Shown: positions 39,915-53,267 of the stretch, one piece after another
Position numbering within the stretch: position 1 is the stretch's first letter
How the letters are laid out: every line of letters begins with the position of its first letter
NCBI RefSeq assembly: GCF_006345805.1
Contig: NC_042999.1
Location: 143,034,001 to 143,098,000, forward strand
Source: Octopus sinensis
Lineage: Eukaryota
Reading direction: 5' to 3'
DNA length: 64,000 nucleotides
The notes under the pieces: model-generated
The model's input: the letters and a program-made list of their open reading frames with translations, nothing else
What the model was told of the DNA's origin: nothing
The model's database searches: none
Position numbers and translations under genes: made by a program

Positions 39915-40011
39915 ATATGTGTGTATATATATATGTATATATATATATATACACACATATATACTTTATAATTAGGGTTCAGCAAAGATTTGCTTTACCA
40001 CATACCGAATT

Positions 40012-40056
<45 letters not shown>

Positions 40057-40057
40057 G

Positions 40058-40138
<81 letters not shown>

Positions 40139-40814
40139 GTACTGGGAGAATAAGAAACGGAAAGAATCGAATCGAACCCAACGCGAAGGCGCTGTCAACC
40201 AATAGTGTAATAAATAAAATATATGCATACATACAAACATATATGTACGTACCTACATCTACATGTATATATACAGGCATATATAAATATATATATATGT
40301 GAGTACAGGACACCACAACTAGACGTAGAACTCAACGAGAAACGAAAATCGAAAACGGAAAAAACATTTTTTTTACAACAGAAAACAGAGACGTAGAACT
40401 CAATGAGAAACGAAAACGGAAAAACCATTTTTTTACAACAGAAAAAACAAGTACAGGGCATACTACACAAGGAAAAATCCCCTATCATCAGCTGTCACTA
40501 GTTCGGCTCCAGCGTGTTTCGAAGACACGCCCAATTAAATTTAATTGGGCTAATCTGCCAAAAAGTACGTCGAAACAATGCATTGTCCAAGGATGATTAG
40601 GGTAAATGTTTTAATTTTCCTTTGATTTCTGAATTACTACTATTTAGCGGTTTGAGTCTTGGCTGCTCTTTCTAGTGAGTCGAATGGCCTATCAGGGCCA
40701 TTCCTTAATATTGTTGAAATTATATATATATAGTCTGTGATTATTTTCTCTTTCTCACTGGACCGCTGGTGGCGAAAAAAATTTCTATTCAATTTTTTGC
40801 TACCCTTATATTGA

Positions 40815-40877
<63 letters not shown>

Positions 40878-41755
40878 ATAATGAAGATGAACGTCTGCGT
40901 GTCTGTCTAACTGTCGATTTATAGAAAAAAAGGCTATAGCATCCACATAAAAACTAAAAGTTAATTCTTGTGTAAATTTTTCCGAGGAAGACAATGGAAG
41001 TGGTTCCGAGTCTCTAGGTGCACCCCAATGGAGCGACGGGCCTTTCCCCACAATGTTACACATAGCGCAGTCTCCACTAAAAAAAAAGATGCCCGGTCTA
41101 AGGGAAATAACATACATACAAACATGCAAACATGCACACACAAACACATAAATATGCAGAATATATATGTACACACACGCATACATACATATATGCGCGC
41201 ACACACACACACATGCACGCACATACATACATACACATACATACATACATACATACATACATACATACATACATACATACATACATACATACATACATAC
41301 GTTGCAAGAAGCAACGAAAATTTTAGAAAAAAAAATGAGTGGAAATCGAACTGGTGAGTGTTAATAAGGCATCAAAACAGAATGATTTTCCCCAGACACA
41401 ACAAAACTAAATGAAAGTTCTGGGAAAACTAAAAGAGGAAAATTATTCATGGTCTATTTTTCACGTTTAACGCTGTTTGATCTTCAGTTATCTCTTTTAT
41501 TATTCTGTGTAAGAAGTATGGTACTCACAGAGATAGATTGTTACTACTAAATTTGTGTGTGCACTTTAATAGCATTATTATATTGTTTTTATTCGTTTTA
41601 TATATATATTTATATCTTCGATCCACCGGGCTATTCGTCTAAGAAAAGCTATTTGTATTTTTTCTTGATGCAATACTTAAGTTCAATAATTTATAGCACA
41701 TATGTTTTTAGTTTCCCCCTAATTTTTACATACTTACTTTGTACTACAAGCCATC

Positions 41756-44042
41756 GGCTAGTGGGAGTTATGCTGCACTCCCGCCTTGTGATTTACTTTA
41801 ATGGGTATTTTCAAGTAGCCCTTGGTCTAGCAAGTCAGAAAATTGATGTTGTCAGCAAAAAAACTGGGATGGAAAATACCCACCGATGGACTTTTTGACC
41901 ACGCTCACTTTTACAGCTGGAAGCAGAAAATTAGAGGCATGGAAAATTCAAACAGCTCTAACTTTGCAACTCTTCGCGAAAATATTTCGAATGACCACTT
42001 AAAATGATTGCCTGGTCAAGATTTAAAAGTTCATGTAAATGATAAGTAAATTTATTCTGTTAAAGGTCACCAGAAGTCAAGAGGTCACGAACTTTGATCT
42101 TTACCTATAATATCTCACATTCACAGGTTCTATTTATCACCAAAATCATATAAGTTTTTTTTTTTAATTGAAAATTAATCAAAACGAAGGTTTACATGTG
42201 TTTTTTAATACCAGAAGTAAAAAAAAAATTGAAAAGAAGTAGTCTCGAGAGAGTGTATTTTTTTAAAAAGGAAATTTGCTCTCAACTTGGACGAGTGAGG
42301 TGTCTGCTGACATTCTCACTGGACATGAGATGGTACTGATATGTGAAGGAAAAGCTTGCCAGTCGACATCGAATAGACATAACTCATTCTGTCAATAAAT
42401 ACACTTTCTCGAATCTACACAGGAAGAAACTGACACTCGTATGATCCTATATGGCATGTATGCTAAAGAACGGGGATGCAAACCCGTTCGCGTGAGGAGT
42501 CCCGATTCTGATATATTTTTCGTCTTACTTCATCATGCTAGATTCCTGGAAGGATTTCAAATTCTGTTTGAAACTGGAAAGAGAAACACACAACACCTTA
42601 TCAATGTGACCAAACTGGCTATGTTTTCCACGCCTGTTTTCCACGTTCTGCATTGCTTGGTTATCATGCTTTCACCGGGTGTGATAGTACGAGTGCATTC
42701 AAGGAGAAGGTGAAAGTGATGGGACTGAAAGTCGTTGAAACAAATGAATTATTCCAGAAAGCACTCTCCAAGATAGGGGAGTCTTGTGAAGTCGACAAGG
42801 AGGTGATGAATCAACTGGAGAGGTTCACATGTGTGCTGTATGGTAACAAAAGGACATAAAAAGTGAATACATTGTGGTTCACAACCTTGCAAGCAAAGTG
42901 CAGTAGGAAGGATGATTTCACAAAATCTAAGCAATTCGATCTCGCTTTACTACCCCCATGTAGAAATGTCCTCGAGCAACATGTTCGTCGAAGCAATTTC
43001 CAGACCAGGATATGGAAGCTCACGAACATTGCCAAGCCTTCAGTGCCTAGATCAGACGAAGGACCTGGATGGACAATGGAAGCTGGAATTATGAAGATGA
43101 AGTGGACAGAGGGTGAAGTGATGCCCGTCAGTTGGTGGATATTCTGGAAGAAGAACTTGAAGATGTAAATTGCACATCAAACCAACTAAAAAAGTTGGTT
43201 TGCATTCATAATGAGTATAATACATTTAATTTTGTTGACTAGTGTTATTAATCGGACACTTGAAATGACTCATGAATGTAATAGATGGCTCACAAATAAT
43301 GTTGTCATCTGTGACAGTTATGTGGCGTATGTGGATGGGGCGAAGTCCTATGCATTACAAAGTTAATGAAACTAAGAACAGATATAATTGTCGTGAAAAT
43401 AAGATACAACCAGGTAAGAATTCGGATGAATGCTTACTGGAAATGTGTTAATTCAAATTTTAATGATCCGAAGGGTGCTCAGATGAGATTTCTAACTCAA
43501 ATTTCAAGCAAACTCGTACATCCACTGTTTTAATTCTGTGTATATACCTACCAGGAAGGAAGGTAACTGCCACAACACTTGAAATGGACCTTGTTTAAAC
43601 TTGAGAGATAGAAAGTATTATATAAACTGGCATTTGTTTCAATATTAAAATCATATGGCACATTTCATAACAACGATATATAACAAACTGCTATGGTGTA
43701 GGTAGGGTCAACTTTTGTTTACTTTTGACTTCAACAACCTCTTTGATGAAAATATTTGCATAATTTGATGTTTCATTTTATAGATCAACTTAAATATCAT
43801 CTTATGTAGTCATTTGCAATGATTCAAGGAAAGATTCCAAAATACCACTTGCCAGATTTAGCCTTACTTCTACTCGACACATTCAGCAATACGTGCAAAA
43901 CAGAATCTAAAAAGTGCAGAAATATCTCATATTCCACAGGATAAACACTACTTCTTTTCAATTTTTTTACTTCTGGTATTAAAAAACACATATAAACCTT
44001 CGTTTTGATTAATTTTCAATAATAATGATGATGATGATGATG

Positions 44043-44078
<36 letters not shown>

Positions 44079-44447
44079 GTAATAATAAACGTTTTATGGT
44101 CTAGGTGATAAATAAAACCTGTGAATGTGAGATATCATAGGTAAAGATCAAAGTTCGTGACCTTTTCACCTCTGGTGTCATTTTTACAGAATAAATTTGC
44201 TTATCATTTGCATGAACAAGTACTCATTTTAAGTGGTCATTTGTAATATTTTGGTGGAAAGTTGCAAAGTTAGAGCTGTTTGAATTTTCCATACCCCTAA
44301 TTTTCTGCCTCCAGTGGGCGTGGACAAAATGTCCATGTTTTTTTGCTTGCAACATCGATTTTCTGACTTGTTAGACCCAGGGCTACATGAAAATACTCAT
44401 TAAAGTAAATCACAAGATGAAGTGTACCATTGGCCCATAGCCTGCTA
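41756..44447 (+). mobile_element. AcademX-like DNA transposon deletion derivative with long TIRs and an XPG-like domain fragment
   Basis: TIRs of about 490 bp (41756-42243 and 43947-44442, the right one with an (AAT/GAT)n expansion). Frameshifted ORFs 42441-43168 with RSPDSDIF, HAFTGCDSTSAF, LPPCRNVLEQHVRRSNFQTRIW, matching the XPG/H3TH-like part of Academ proteins as I recall the family. Exact termini are fuzzy. Confidence 0.7.
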
Positions 44448-45074
44448 CACATAAGCCAAAGTCTGTGCGATGTTTATTTTACTTATAGACTGTAATACTT
44501 GAGATTATAGGTCAGAAGTTTATTTGCACCCATTATACTATAGGTCAGAAGGAAACAGTTGTGCAGTCAACATGAAAGTTGACAGTCATTTCTTATATGT
44601 TGGCCAGATGGATACAGCTCTGTGATTTACGTGAAAGTTAACAGCCATTTCTTCTATAAATGTTCAAAACAATCTAAATAAACAGCTTTCAATATTCATA
44701 GCACAATTTTGGCAGTTTTTCAACCCGGTCAACACACACACATACCGACAAACGTATACACACACACACACATACCGACAAACGCACACATACATACCGA
44801 CAAATACACACACACACACACACACACACACATAAGAAGTAGATGGAATTAAATTTCATAAATAGTTCATAATGTAATTATTCTTCACGCTTTTCTGCTT
44901 ATAATTCTAAATATGTTGTCAACGCTTTAGCCTATTCTGTATATCAAATGTAAGTTTGTTTCACCAAAGTTTACTGCATTGGTTTAATGTATTGGAATTT
45001 AACATCGTGTTATTCATAGACCTCCTGGGTACCATAGGTAATATTTTCCATGTTTATGCATTACGCAAATTCCA

Positions 45075-45124
45075 TATGTGTGTGTGTGTGTGTGTGTGTA
45101 TAGATATATATATATATATATATA

Positions 45125-45187
<63 letters not shown>

Positions 45188-45529
45188 ATATATATATATA
45201 TATATAATATATATATATATATATAATGTATATATGTGAAGGCGCGTGGTTTAGTTGGTTCGAGTATTCGGCTCACAATCGTAAAGTCGTGAGTTCAATT
45301 CCCGGCGACGCGTTGTGTCCTTGAACAAGATACTTTATTTCACGTTGCTCCAGTCCACTCAGTTGGCAAAAAATGAGTAGTACCTGTATTTCAAAGGGCC
45401 AGAACTACGTTAAGAGTACACGTGTCTGTGGGGTGCTCAGCCACTTGCACGTTAATTTCATGAGCAAGCTGTTCCGTCGATCGTATCAGCTGGGGCCCTC
45501 GTCGTTGTAACCGACGGAGTGCACCTTAA

Positions 45530-45577
<48 letters not shown>

Positions 45578-45672
45578 TATATATATATATATTATATAAT
45601 ATATATATATATAATATATATATAATATATATATTATATAATATATATATATAATATATATATATATATAAT

Positions 45673-45721
<49 letters not shown>

Positions 45722-45740
45722 TACATATATATATATATAT
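45075..45740. repeat. (TG)n/(TA)n microsatellites
   Basis: Direct inspection. Confidence 0.95.
45238..45525 (+). mobile_element. Second tRNA-derived SINE family
   Basis: AAGGCGCGTGGTTTAGTTGG...GAGTTCAATTCCCGG head; related copies near 12672, 14270, 17360, 30010, 51730. Confidence 0.8.
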
Positions 45741-45741
45741 A

Positions 45742-46170
45742 CAGTAATACCTTGACTGTCGCAGGTGTTACGTTCCAAACCCCAACCGCGATATAGGAGA
45801 AAATCCGCGAAGTCGAAACAGTACTGTATTGGATATTTTTATGATTTGTATATATTTATTTTATTATAAATGCAAAACATTCGTCTCCCGGGTTTCGCTT
45901 TCCATTATATACAGTATGAGCGATTCTTTGTTTACTCATCTATAGTACACTACGTATTTTCTTTTAATATATTTTAATTAATGTGTTATAGAGTGCAGTA
46001 CTGTACTGTGTTTTTATTTATTAATTCATTAATTTGTAGGTGTGAAAATGTTTATTTTACCACAGAAATAATTAAAATCTAAAAAAATATAAAAACCTAT
46101 CGGTCGCAGAAACCCGTGATATACTGAGGAGTTCGCGATAGGTGAACCGCGATACAGCGAGTGATTACTG
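45742..46170. mobile_element. Tigger/pogo-like MITE
   Basis: TA|CAGTAATACCTTG...CGAGTGATTACTG ends, no ORF, embedded in TA microsatellite. Confidence 0.6.
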
Positions 46171-46190
46171 TGTATATATGTGTATGTATG

Positions 46191-46223
<33 letters not shown>

Positions 46224-46308
46224 TATATATATTGGTTCTCGCAATGTATGTATATGTATATATATATATATCTATATATATATATATATCTATATATATA
46301 TATATGTA

Positions 46309-46344
<36 letters not shown>

Positions 46345-46345
<1 letters not shown>

Positions 46346-47202
46346 ACGTGGTCTGATCAGAAAGTATCCGTACTGTTGCTACAGTAACCAGGCTAAAGCA
46401 CGCAGAGTGAAACTGCTTGGTAGAGATTGACCTTGAACTCTACAGTGCAAGCGTACTAAGTTTCAATGTTCTAGCTCATTTCCGCTGATTACAGCAGCGC
46501 TTGGAAGGAAGGTATATAGCATATGATCATCGCATTGACCATGACAGAAAAAGCTGATCAGAGAATCTGCATCAAATTTTGCCAAAAGCTTGGCGATGCC
46601 TGCTCAGAGGCCAACGTTTTCATCGTTCTCGACACAATCAAGGAGATCTTGTGCAACCGAAACCCGAGTGTCTTTTTGGTCAGCTGAAAGCAGTTTTGGC
46701 ACAAACTTGGCAGACACGCGTCCCTTACTCAAATCTTCAGTGATAATGGACTGAATTGAACTGTAACTAATCTGCACCTCCTCTGATAACTCATGGATGG
46801 CGATTCAACGATTTCCCCTCACAGCTTCACGCACATCTGTGACGTTTTTCTCAGTTCCGCTTGTTGCGGATCTCCCAGAACGTTGGTCAATATCGACATT
46901 TTTTCGGCCATCTTGGAAACGTCTGAATCACTCGTACATTTGTGTGCAGCTCATACACTCCTCTCCATACTATTTCTGCAACCATATGTAGGCCTCTGAG
47001 CAGGTATCGCTATAACAACTTTCTCAATCATGGTCAATGCGACAATCAAATGCTACACACCTTCCTTCCAAGAACTGGTGTAAACAGCGGAAGTGAGCTA
47101 GTACGTTAAAACTTAGTGCACATGCACAGCAGCATTCAAGGTCAATCTCTGCATGCTTTAGCTTAGTTACTATGGCAGCAGCCTAGATACTTATTGATCA
47201 GA

Positions 47203-47206
<4 letters not shown>
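46345..47206. mobile_element. Non-autonomous mariner made of two inverted 5' ends
   Basis: TIR-like ends TACGTGGTCTGATCAGAAAGTATC and GATACTTATTGATCAGACC. Plus arm encodes MTEKADQRICIKFCQKLG; minus arm encodes a longer N-terminal HTH region (RRFQDGRKNV...VSAKFVPKLLS). Junction near 46616; no catalytic domain. Confidence 0.8.
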
Positions 47207-47299
<93 letters not shown>

Positions 47300-47659
47300 G
47301 TATATCTATCTATCTGTCTATCTACAAAGAAGAAGGTTAGCCTAAATATCAGTGGCAGGGTGGAGTACCACCACGTAACCCTTTTATTATCGCTAAAGAC
47401 CACAAAACCAATTTTAGGAGAAACTTTACATGTAGACTCATTAACCCAACTAAAACAGAAATAGCGATAATTAGTAAAAATATTTTAGATTCCATTCTTC
47501 ACTGGATTGGCAATGTCCTAAATTTCTCTTATGGAGTAACAGCACGTCTATTATAGACTGGTTTAAGAACATCAACGATAAATATAACAACAGGTTTACT
47601 TAGTTTGATATCGTGGATTTATACCCGTCGATAACAAGGCTTCTACTGTTTAAAACACA

Positions 47660-48258
47660 TGTAGTGATCCTATAACGGTGCGCGCGCGCGCACCGTCCAT
47701 TTTCTATTTCGCGCGTGTGGTGTTGGTGCCTTCACCAAGAGAGAGGAAGGGCCCTCTCGCGCATGCGCGAAGCACCGGAAGAAGAACCCTATTGCCTACG
47801 TAGCAGTTAACGAGGCAAGGGGGTCGTAGAACGTTTGACCACTAGCAGCAGTCAGCGGGGACTTGGGACGGCAGCGACGAAGGCGACGGACGTATATTTT
47901 CTAGCTGTCCAGCTCTGATAGCAGTCAGCCGAAGGTTTTCACCAAATTGTTGCCGACCACATTCATTTTCCCTGTTCCGGATGCCATCTTTAACCCGTTC
48001 TGTTTTAGCTGCTAAACATTGTAAATATTACAATCGATTAACTTTCAGCCTTGCGCGCCCAGAACCAAGGACATCAGATAACCACTTATTGTTACTGTTA
48101 CCAAGAAAGAGAATAAAGTAGTATATATATCTTTTACGTCTGCGTCTTGTTGTTTCTGACGGGTAGAATTCTGGATTATTAAAGCAACGGCTAGTGATTG
48201 CCTCTTGTACCCCGAAAGTACAAGAGAAGATATTCACACACTCACGAAGTTCGTTACA
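47660..48258 (+). repeat. 5' LTR
   Basis: TGTAGTGATCC...CGTTACA, CpG-rich, internal AATAAA. Confidence 0.95.
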
Positions 48259-48259
48259 G

Positions 48260-48278
48260 TGGTGACCCCGACGTGATT
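48260..48278 (+). promoter_or_regulatory. Primer binding site complementary to the tRNA-Trp 3' end
   Basis: TGGTGACCCCGACGTGATT is the reverse complement of the conserved animal tRNA-Trp(CCA) 3' end (...AATCACGTCGGGGTCACCA). Confidence 0.9.
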
Positions 48279-49801
48279 CTGGTCTAAAACCAGAGATCAC
48301 TTATCAACAAAAAAAAATCCAGTTTTTCTGCGAAGTCGGAACACGATTAACTCTACGCATTCATCTTTCGACGATTTGTTTCCGGCCACCACAAACAGTT
48401 GCAGAAGGAGCCTTTTCTTATTCTACAGCCATGATGACGAACGCCATCATATCAACGATGCCTTTTCTCCACCTTCATCATCGCCATCGTCGTCTTTCTA
48501 CTTCACGTCGTCGTTATCTTCGTCGCCATCATCACTAAGAACGATGTTGTCTCAAGTCCACTACAGTCGCCTTCCTCCACCACCGTCGCCTTTCAACACC
48601 GTCGACCTCCACAAGATGTACATAGCAACTCGCGGAACTTTAGCGTGCACGCTGTATGTGCGTATGCACACCAAGGATAAACAGCACCGTCTATCTACGA
48701 GATTCTTCTGTTCCAGTTAACCTGTCACAGCATTGAAGCTACAACCGCTACACATTGTGTTCAACCGGCATCTGCATTTTGTGATTTCAACATTTCTGTT
48801 ACAGAACGAACTGCTATTGTGCATCAGGCTATTACAGACTGGTAAACTACCTCCATTGTCTGGGATAGCCTTGAGAGACATTTTTTCTATGCGCTGTATT
48901 TTTTATATTTTGCTCGCATTCACCTTGTATGTATTTTTGTCGCACACACGTACACACACATAAATGCTATCTCTCTCACATACATACGTCACACATGCTT
49001 TTCTCGCTTGTTTTTTCCATGCTAAATTTGCCTTTTGTGGACACACCTCATTTCTATAGACCCTAAGGGGTCACGTATACATAGAGAGGGTTGTTTGTTC
49101 ATTATAACGCGCCAGCATGTCATACCTTTGTTCCTGTACGAACGAGGCATATAATCGCTCAACCACTGGCATATTCATTGCTGTTTTTCGGTCTGGCAAG
49201 CACTATTGCATTTCATGCGCCTTGCTTCGCACGTGTATTGCCTGTTTTTTGCAACACGTTTGCAGTAGCTTAGTTTTTCCCGACTCATAGGACGTCGGAT
49301 GTTCACATGCGCTGCGCCATGTTTAGGCGTAATTATTTTTCCCTGTTAGACCACTGTTGGTCACGTAATTAACAGAAAATTATCTGTGTCGCGCATCACA
49401 CCAGCATGTTTGCACTTTTGCCTTTTGTGTTACTAGCGAGCTTCAGTCAATTCCATTTCCTCTCCTGCAGCAATTGATTTAACTGCTATTTCGCAGGATC
49501 AACCACCTTTAGAGAAGTTGGATTTTAATTTCGCCTAGGTTCATTGACTGTGAGTTTTGCTTTCCCTCCGCTCCCTACAGCGGAAGGGTTTATACTTTGT
49601 GACGTATACACTTTCATGCATGCACTCTTGATTTTTGCTCATTGAGTATTTTTTCTCTTTTTCCTTTAGTAAATTTCTTGTGTATGTTATAAATTTTGCC
49701 ATTTTATTATATTCTGTGCTATTTGGTTGTCTGGTGTCCGCCTTGAGTTTTAAAGTCACTACAAAGGATTTTGTGTCGTGCTACGCACTGGAGGGGAGCC
49801 T

Positions 49802-50400
49802 TGTAGTGATCCTATAACGGTGCGCGCGCGCGCACCGTCCATTTTCTATTTCGCGCGTGTGGTGTTGGTGCCTTCACCAAGAGAGAGGAAGGGCCCTCTC
49901 GCGCATGCGCGAAGCACCGGAAGAAGAACCCTATTGCCTACGTAGCAGTTAGCGAGGCAAGGGGGTCGTAGAACGTTTGACCACTAGCAGCAGTCAGCGG
50001 GGACTTGGGACGGCAGCGACGAAGGCGACGGACGTATATTTTCTAGCTGTCCAGCTCTGATAGCAGTCAGCCGAAGGTTTTCACCAAATTGTTGCCGACC
50101 ACATTCATTTTCCCTGTTCCGGATGCCATCTTTAACCCGTTCTGTTTTAGCTGCTAAACATTGTAAATATTACAATCGATTAACTTTCAGCCTTGCGCGC
50201 CCAGAACCAAGGACATCAGATAACCACTTATTGTTACTGTTACCAAGAAAGAGAATAAAGTAGTATATATATCTTTTACGTCTGCGTCTTGTTGTTTCTG
50301 ACGGGTAGAATTCTGGATTATTAAAGCAACGGCTAGTGATTGCCTCTTGTACCCCGAAAGTACAAGAGAAGATATTCACACACTCACGAAGTTCGTTACA
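49802..50400 (+). repeat. 3' LTR
   Basis: Direct repeat of 47660-48258; only visible difference is GCAGTTAACG vs GCAGTTAGCG. Confidence 0.95.
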
Positions 50401-51440
50401 CACATGATTTTGCAAAAGAATATGTGCTCATAAGTAAATCAGACATTGACATCATCCTGCGAGCCAGGAAATCCCTACTGTTTTTCATTGATTCAACCTG
50501 AATCAAGTAAACCAGCAACTATATTTATTGTTAAAGTTCAATGCTCCAACGGGCGCATATGGCAGAGCAGAATTATGTATACTTATAGGCGTGTGTGTTT
50601 TGTACCACCTACATACAGAATTTCCTTGTTAAGTAGCAGGTTTACATTTGGATGATGGTGTAGAGCAAAATTCATGACAAACTGTAGACATTTCAAAATT
50701 CCGATTTTTGGCAATTTTCCGGAATCTCCGTATCCGAAAACGTGGGGGTTTTTTTTTTTTCAAAAAAAAACAAAAAAAAATATTTTGCGAGAAAATGGTC
50801 TGTGGGTGGGTGGAGGGGACGGGAGGAAGTCTTTCCACATCTTTAAACCTCCCTGAATTCTCAAAAAAAAGGTAAGCGAATTCGTTCCCGGATGTCGAAC
50901 GAGGCAGCTTTAACAATGCTTCCCCGTACTACAATGACGTACAAGGTAATAGCTGATTCTCTGAAAAGATCTCCTACGTCACCAGTGGAGACAACCCTAG
51001 ACAGACTCGCAGAACTAGAAAGGTTTTGTGAGATAGCTAGGAAAGTTTGAAATCTAATATATACGAGGTGGGTGCTAAAACGTTCCTGGCTTTGGGTAAA
51101 AGAAAATTCAAGCGGATCAGTTAAATGTAATTTTATTCAACATATTCACCTCTCAGATGCACACACTTATTGCAGTGGCTCTTCAGTTTTCTTCACTTGA
51201 AACTAATAGTAGCCCATAGAAAATATATATTGTGTCTATTAAATAATATTTATCTCTCACCAGATGGAGCATGTTTTTTGTTGTCTTACCATCGCGGACT
51301 AGTACACACACACACACACACACGTACGGATAAAATCTCTATAAGAATTCATCAAGTAGTCAGCGTGAAAAACCAGTTAAAGGAAAAATTTATACAAAAT
51401 ATATAATTAATTTATTCCCTTTTAAATACATTTATTATAT

Positions 51441-51502
51441 TAAGGGCATTACTACACGTAGTCCCCTACAGAGTGAGGCATTTACGTGTAGTAATGCCCT
51501 TA
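51441..51502. repeat. Short hairpin with 20-bp perfect arms
   Basis: TAAGGGCATTACTACACGTA ... TACGTGTAGTAATGCCCTTA. Confidence 0.85.
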
Positions 51503-51617
51503 ATATGATATTATATATATACATATATTGATGCTCATATGTAGTTGGTTAATAAATTATGTGAATGGGTATTATCTGGTAGTTGATTATTGATTTAGGT
51601 GTATTCCTCCATTTTCT

Positions 51618-51655
<38 letters not shown>

Positions 51656-52469
51656 ATATAATATATATATATATATAAAAATATAAATAAATAAATATAT
51701 ATAATATATATATATGAGCTTATACTCAGGTGAGGTGGAAGCGCGTGGATTATGGTTAGGGGTGTTGTACTCATGATCGTAAGATTGTGATTTCGATTCC
51801 TGCAAAGTACTTCATATCAATTTACTCCAGTTCACTCAGTTGGTGAAAATAAGTAATCCTTCGATGGATTGGCGTCCTGTCCTGTGGGGAAATATATGCG
51901 CCACAGAATCCGATAGACCGGCTTTATGAGCCCAAGGCTCGGGAAGGACATTTCTTCCGCTTTGGAAGAATAAAATTAAAATCTAAATAAGGGCGAATGA
52001 GTACGATAGAAAGAATAATAAAAAGTAGATAAAAAAAAAACAGAAGACCTTTATGAGAGAGAAAGAGAAAAATAGTAATGATAGCAGAAGAGAGAGGGAG
52101 GGGATAACGGATCACATAATGGTTACACATTAGGATGAACAAAATATTTATAAGCATCAAGCAAACATTTTATGACCAAGAGCTAAGTGAAAAGGGAAAA
52201 GGTGATAGCAATTAGAGTAATAAAGAAATGAACCAGATAGACAAAAGGACAAAGCAAAAGTTAATAAGACTTTTAAATAAGGTAAATTAGATAGATATAA
52301 AGAGGAACAAGGCTCGAACACAGAGACACAGTACAAGGTTATAAACAAAATACAATATGTCAAGAGGGGACAGATGTGTGCATAAACATGCATAGAGCCT
52401 GAAAATTGTGCTGGGAAAACTATCTATAAGTTTCTTTCAGCTTCTTTCAGCTTCAATAAAATAGTATAC

Positions 52470-52537
52470 ACACACACACGCACACACATAGACACATACA
52501 CAGACACACACACACACACCAGACACACAGACACACA

Positions 52538-52581
<44 letters not shown>

Positions 52582-52933
52582 GACACAGACACACACACAC
52601 ACACACATACGTAGTGTACATTCTGATTGAATTTTCCATGTGTTAACATGTATCTCCTTTCGACAATGTAAACTTTTATTTTATCAAGATATCCTTGCCC
52701 CGAAGAGTAGTCTGCGATATACACCTCGCTTTGATATTTACCACTTCCGAGGTTCCTTTCGCGGTGAAACATATGTAACCCGGATCTTATCTACTCCATT
52801 CCTTAACTCTTGTATACCCACACACACACACAACGCACACGCACACACACACGCACACACACACACACACACACACAACACACACACACACACACACACA
52901 CAACACACACACACACACACACACAACATATAT

Positions 52934-52968
<35 letters not shown>

Positions 52969-53071
52969 TATAGATATATATATATATATACTCCCTGGTT
53001 TCTTTTGCTAGGCCACTGGTGTTAAACTGACGGTATTATTAAATTAATATCTAATTTTTCACCCTCATTTA

Positions 53072-53125
<54 letters not shown>
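52470..53125. repeat. (CA)n and (TA)n microsatellites
   Basis: Direct inspection. Confidence 0.95.
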
Positions 53126-53129
<4 letters not shown>

Positions 53130-53267
53130 CAGTTGAATCAAGTACTTAAGTTGAAGCAAGCACCAAGTCAGTCCGGTATTATCCGCACAAACGAAGTAAA
53201 ATGAATAAAATAAAAATAAGCACAGGATAACAAGAAGTGTGTCAAACTAATTAAAATTCTATTCTGC

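Larger units (their letters stand above)
39230..41300. repeat. Microsatellite cluster ((TA)n, (CA)n, (TACA)n) interspersed with short repeats
   Basis: Direct inspection; source of many spurious YI/CV/TH-rich ORFs. Confidence 0.95.
47660..50400 (+). mobile_element. Young non-autonomous LTR retrotransposon (Gypsy-type signals), 2741 bp
   Basis: LTRs 47660-48258 and 49802-50400 (599 bp, TG...CA, one difference seen by eye). 4-bp TSD CACA (47656-59 and 50401-04). PBS at 48260, PPT GGAGGGGAG at 49790-49798. No gag/pol in the 1543-bp interior. Confidence 0.95.

Noticed and set aside
40572-40587. GAAAC-AATGCATT-GTC, a hammerhead-like 3' half
   Set aside because: No same-strand CUGANGA with a matching stem I upstream
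39194-41364. Many ORFs rich in YI, CV, TH or MYVC repeats (also 45-47, 52-56 and 63 kb)
   Set aside because: Translations of (TA)n, (CA)n and (TACA)n microsatellites
45815-45828. GAAAC-AGTACT-GTA, a hammerhead-like 3' half
   Set aside because: No CUGANGA or stem I, and it lies in a Tigger-like MITE; shows that this half-motif alone can occur by chance
48028-50415. Duplicated ORF (…NELRECVNIFSCTFGVQ…) at 48028-48300 and 50170-50415, and Ser/Pro-rich ORF 48376-48720
   Set aside because: The first lies within the two LTRs; the second is low-complexity with no gag/pol motif
52766-52777. GAAAC-ATAT-GTA, a hammerhead-like 3' half
   Set aside because: Upstream core only CCGAAGA or CTGCGA, and no stem I or II pairing found
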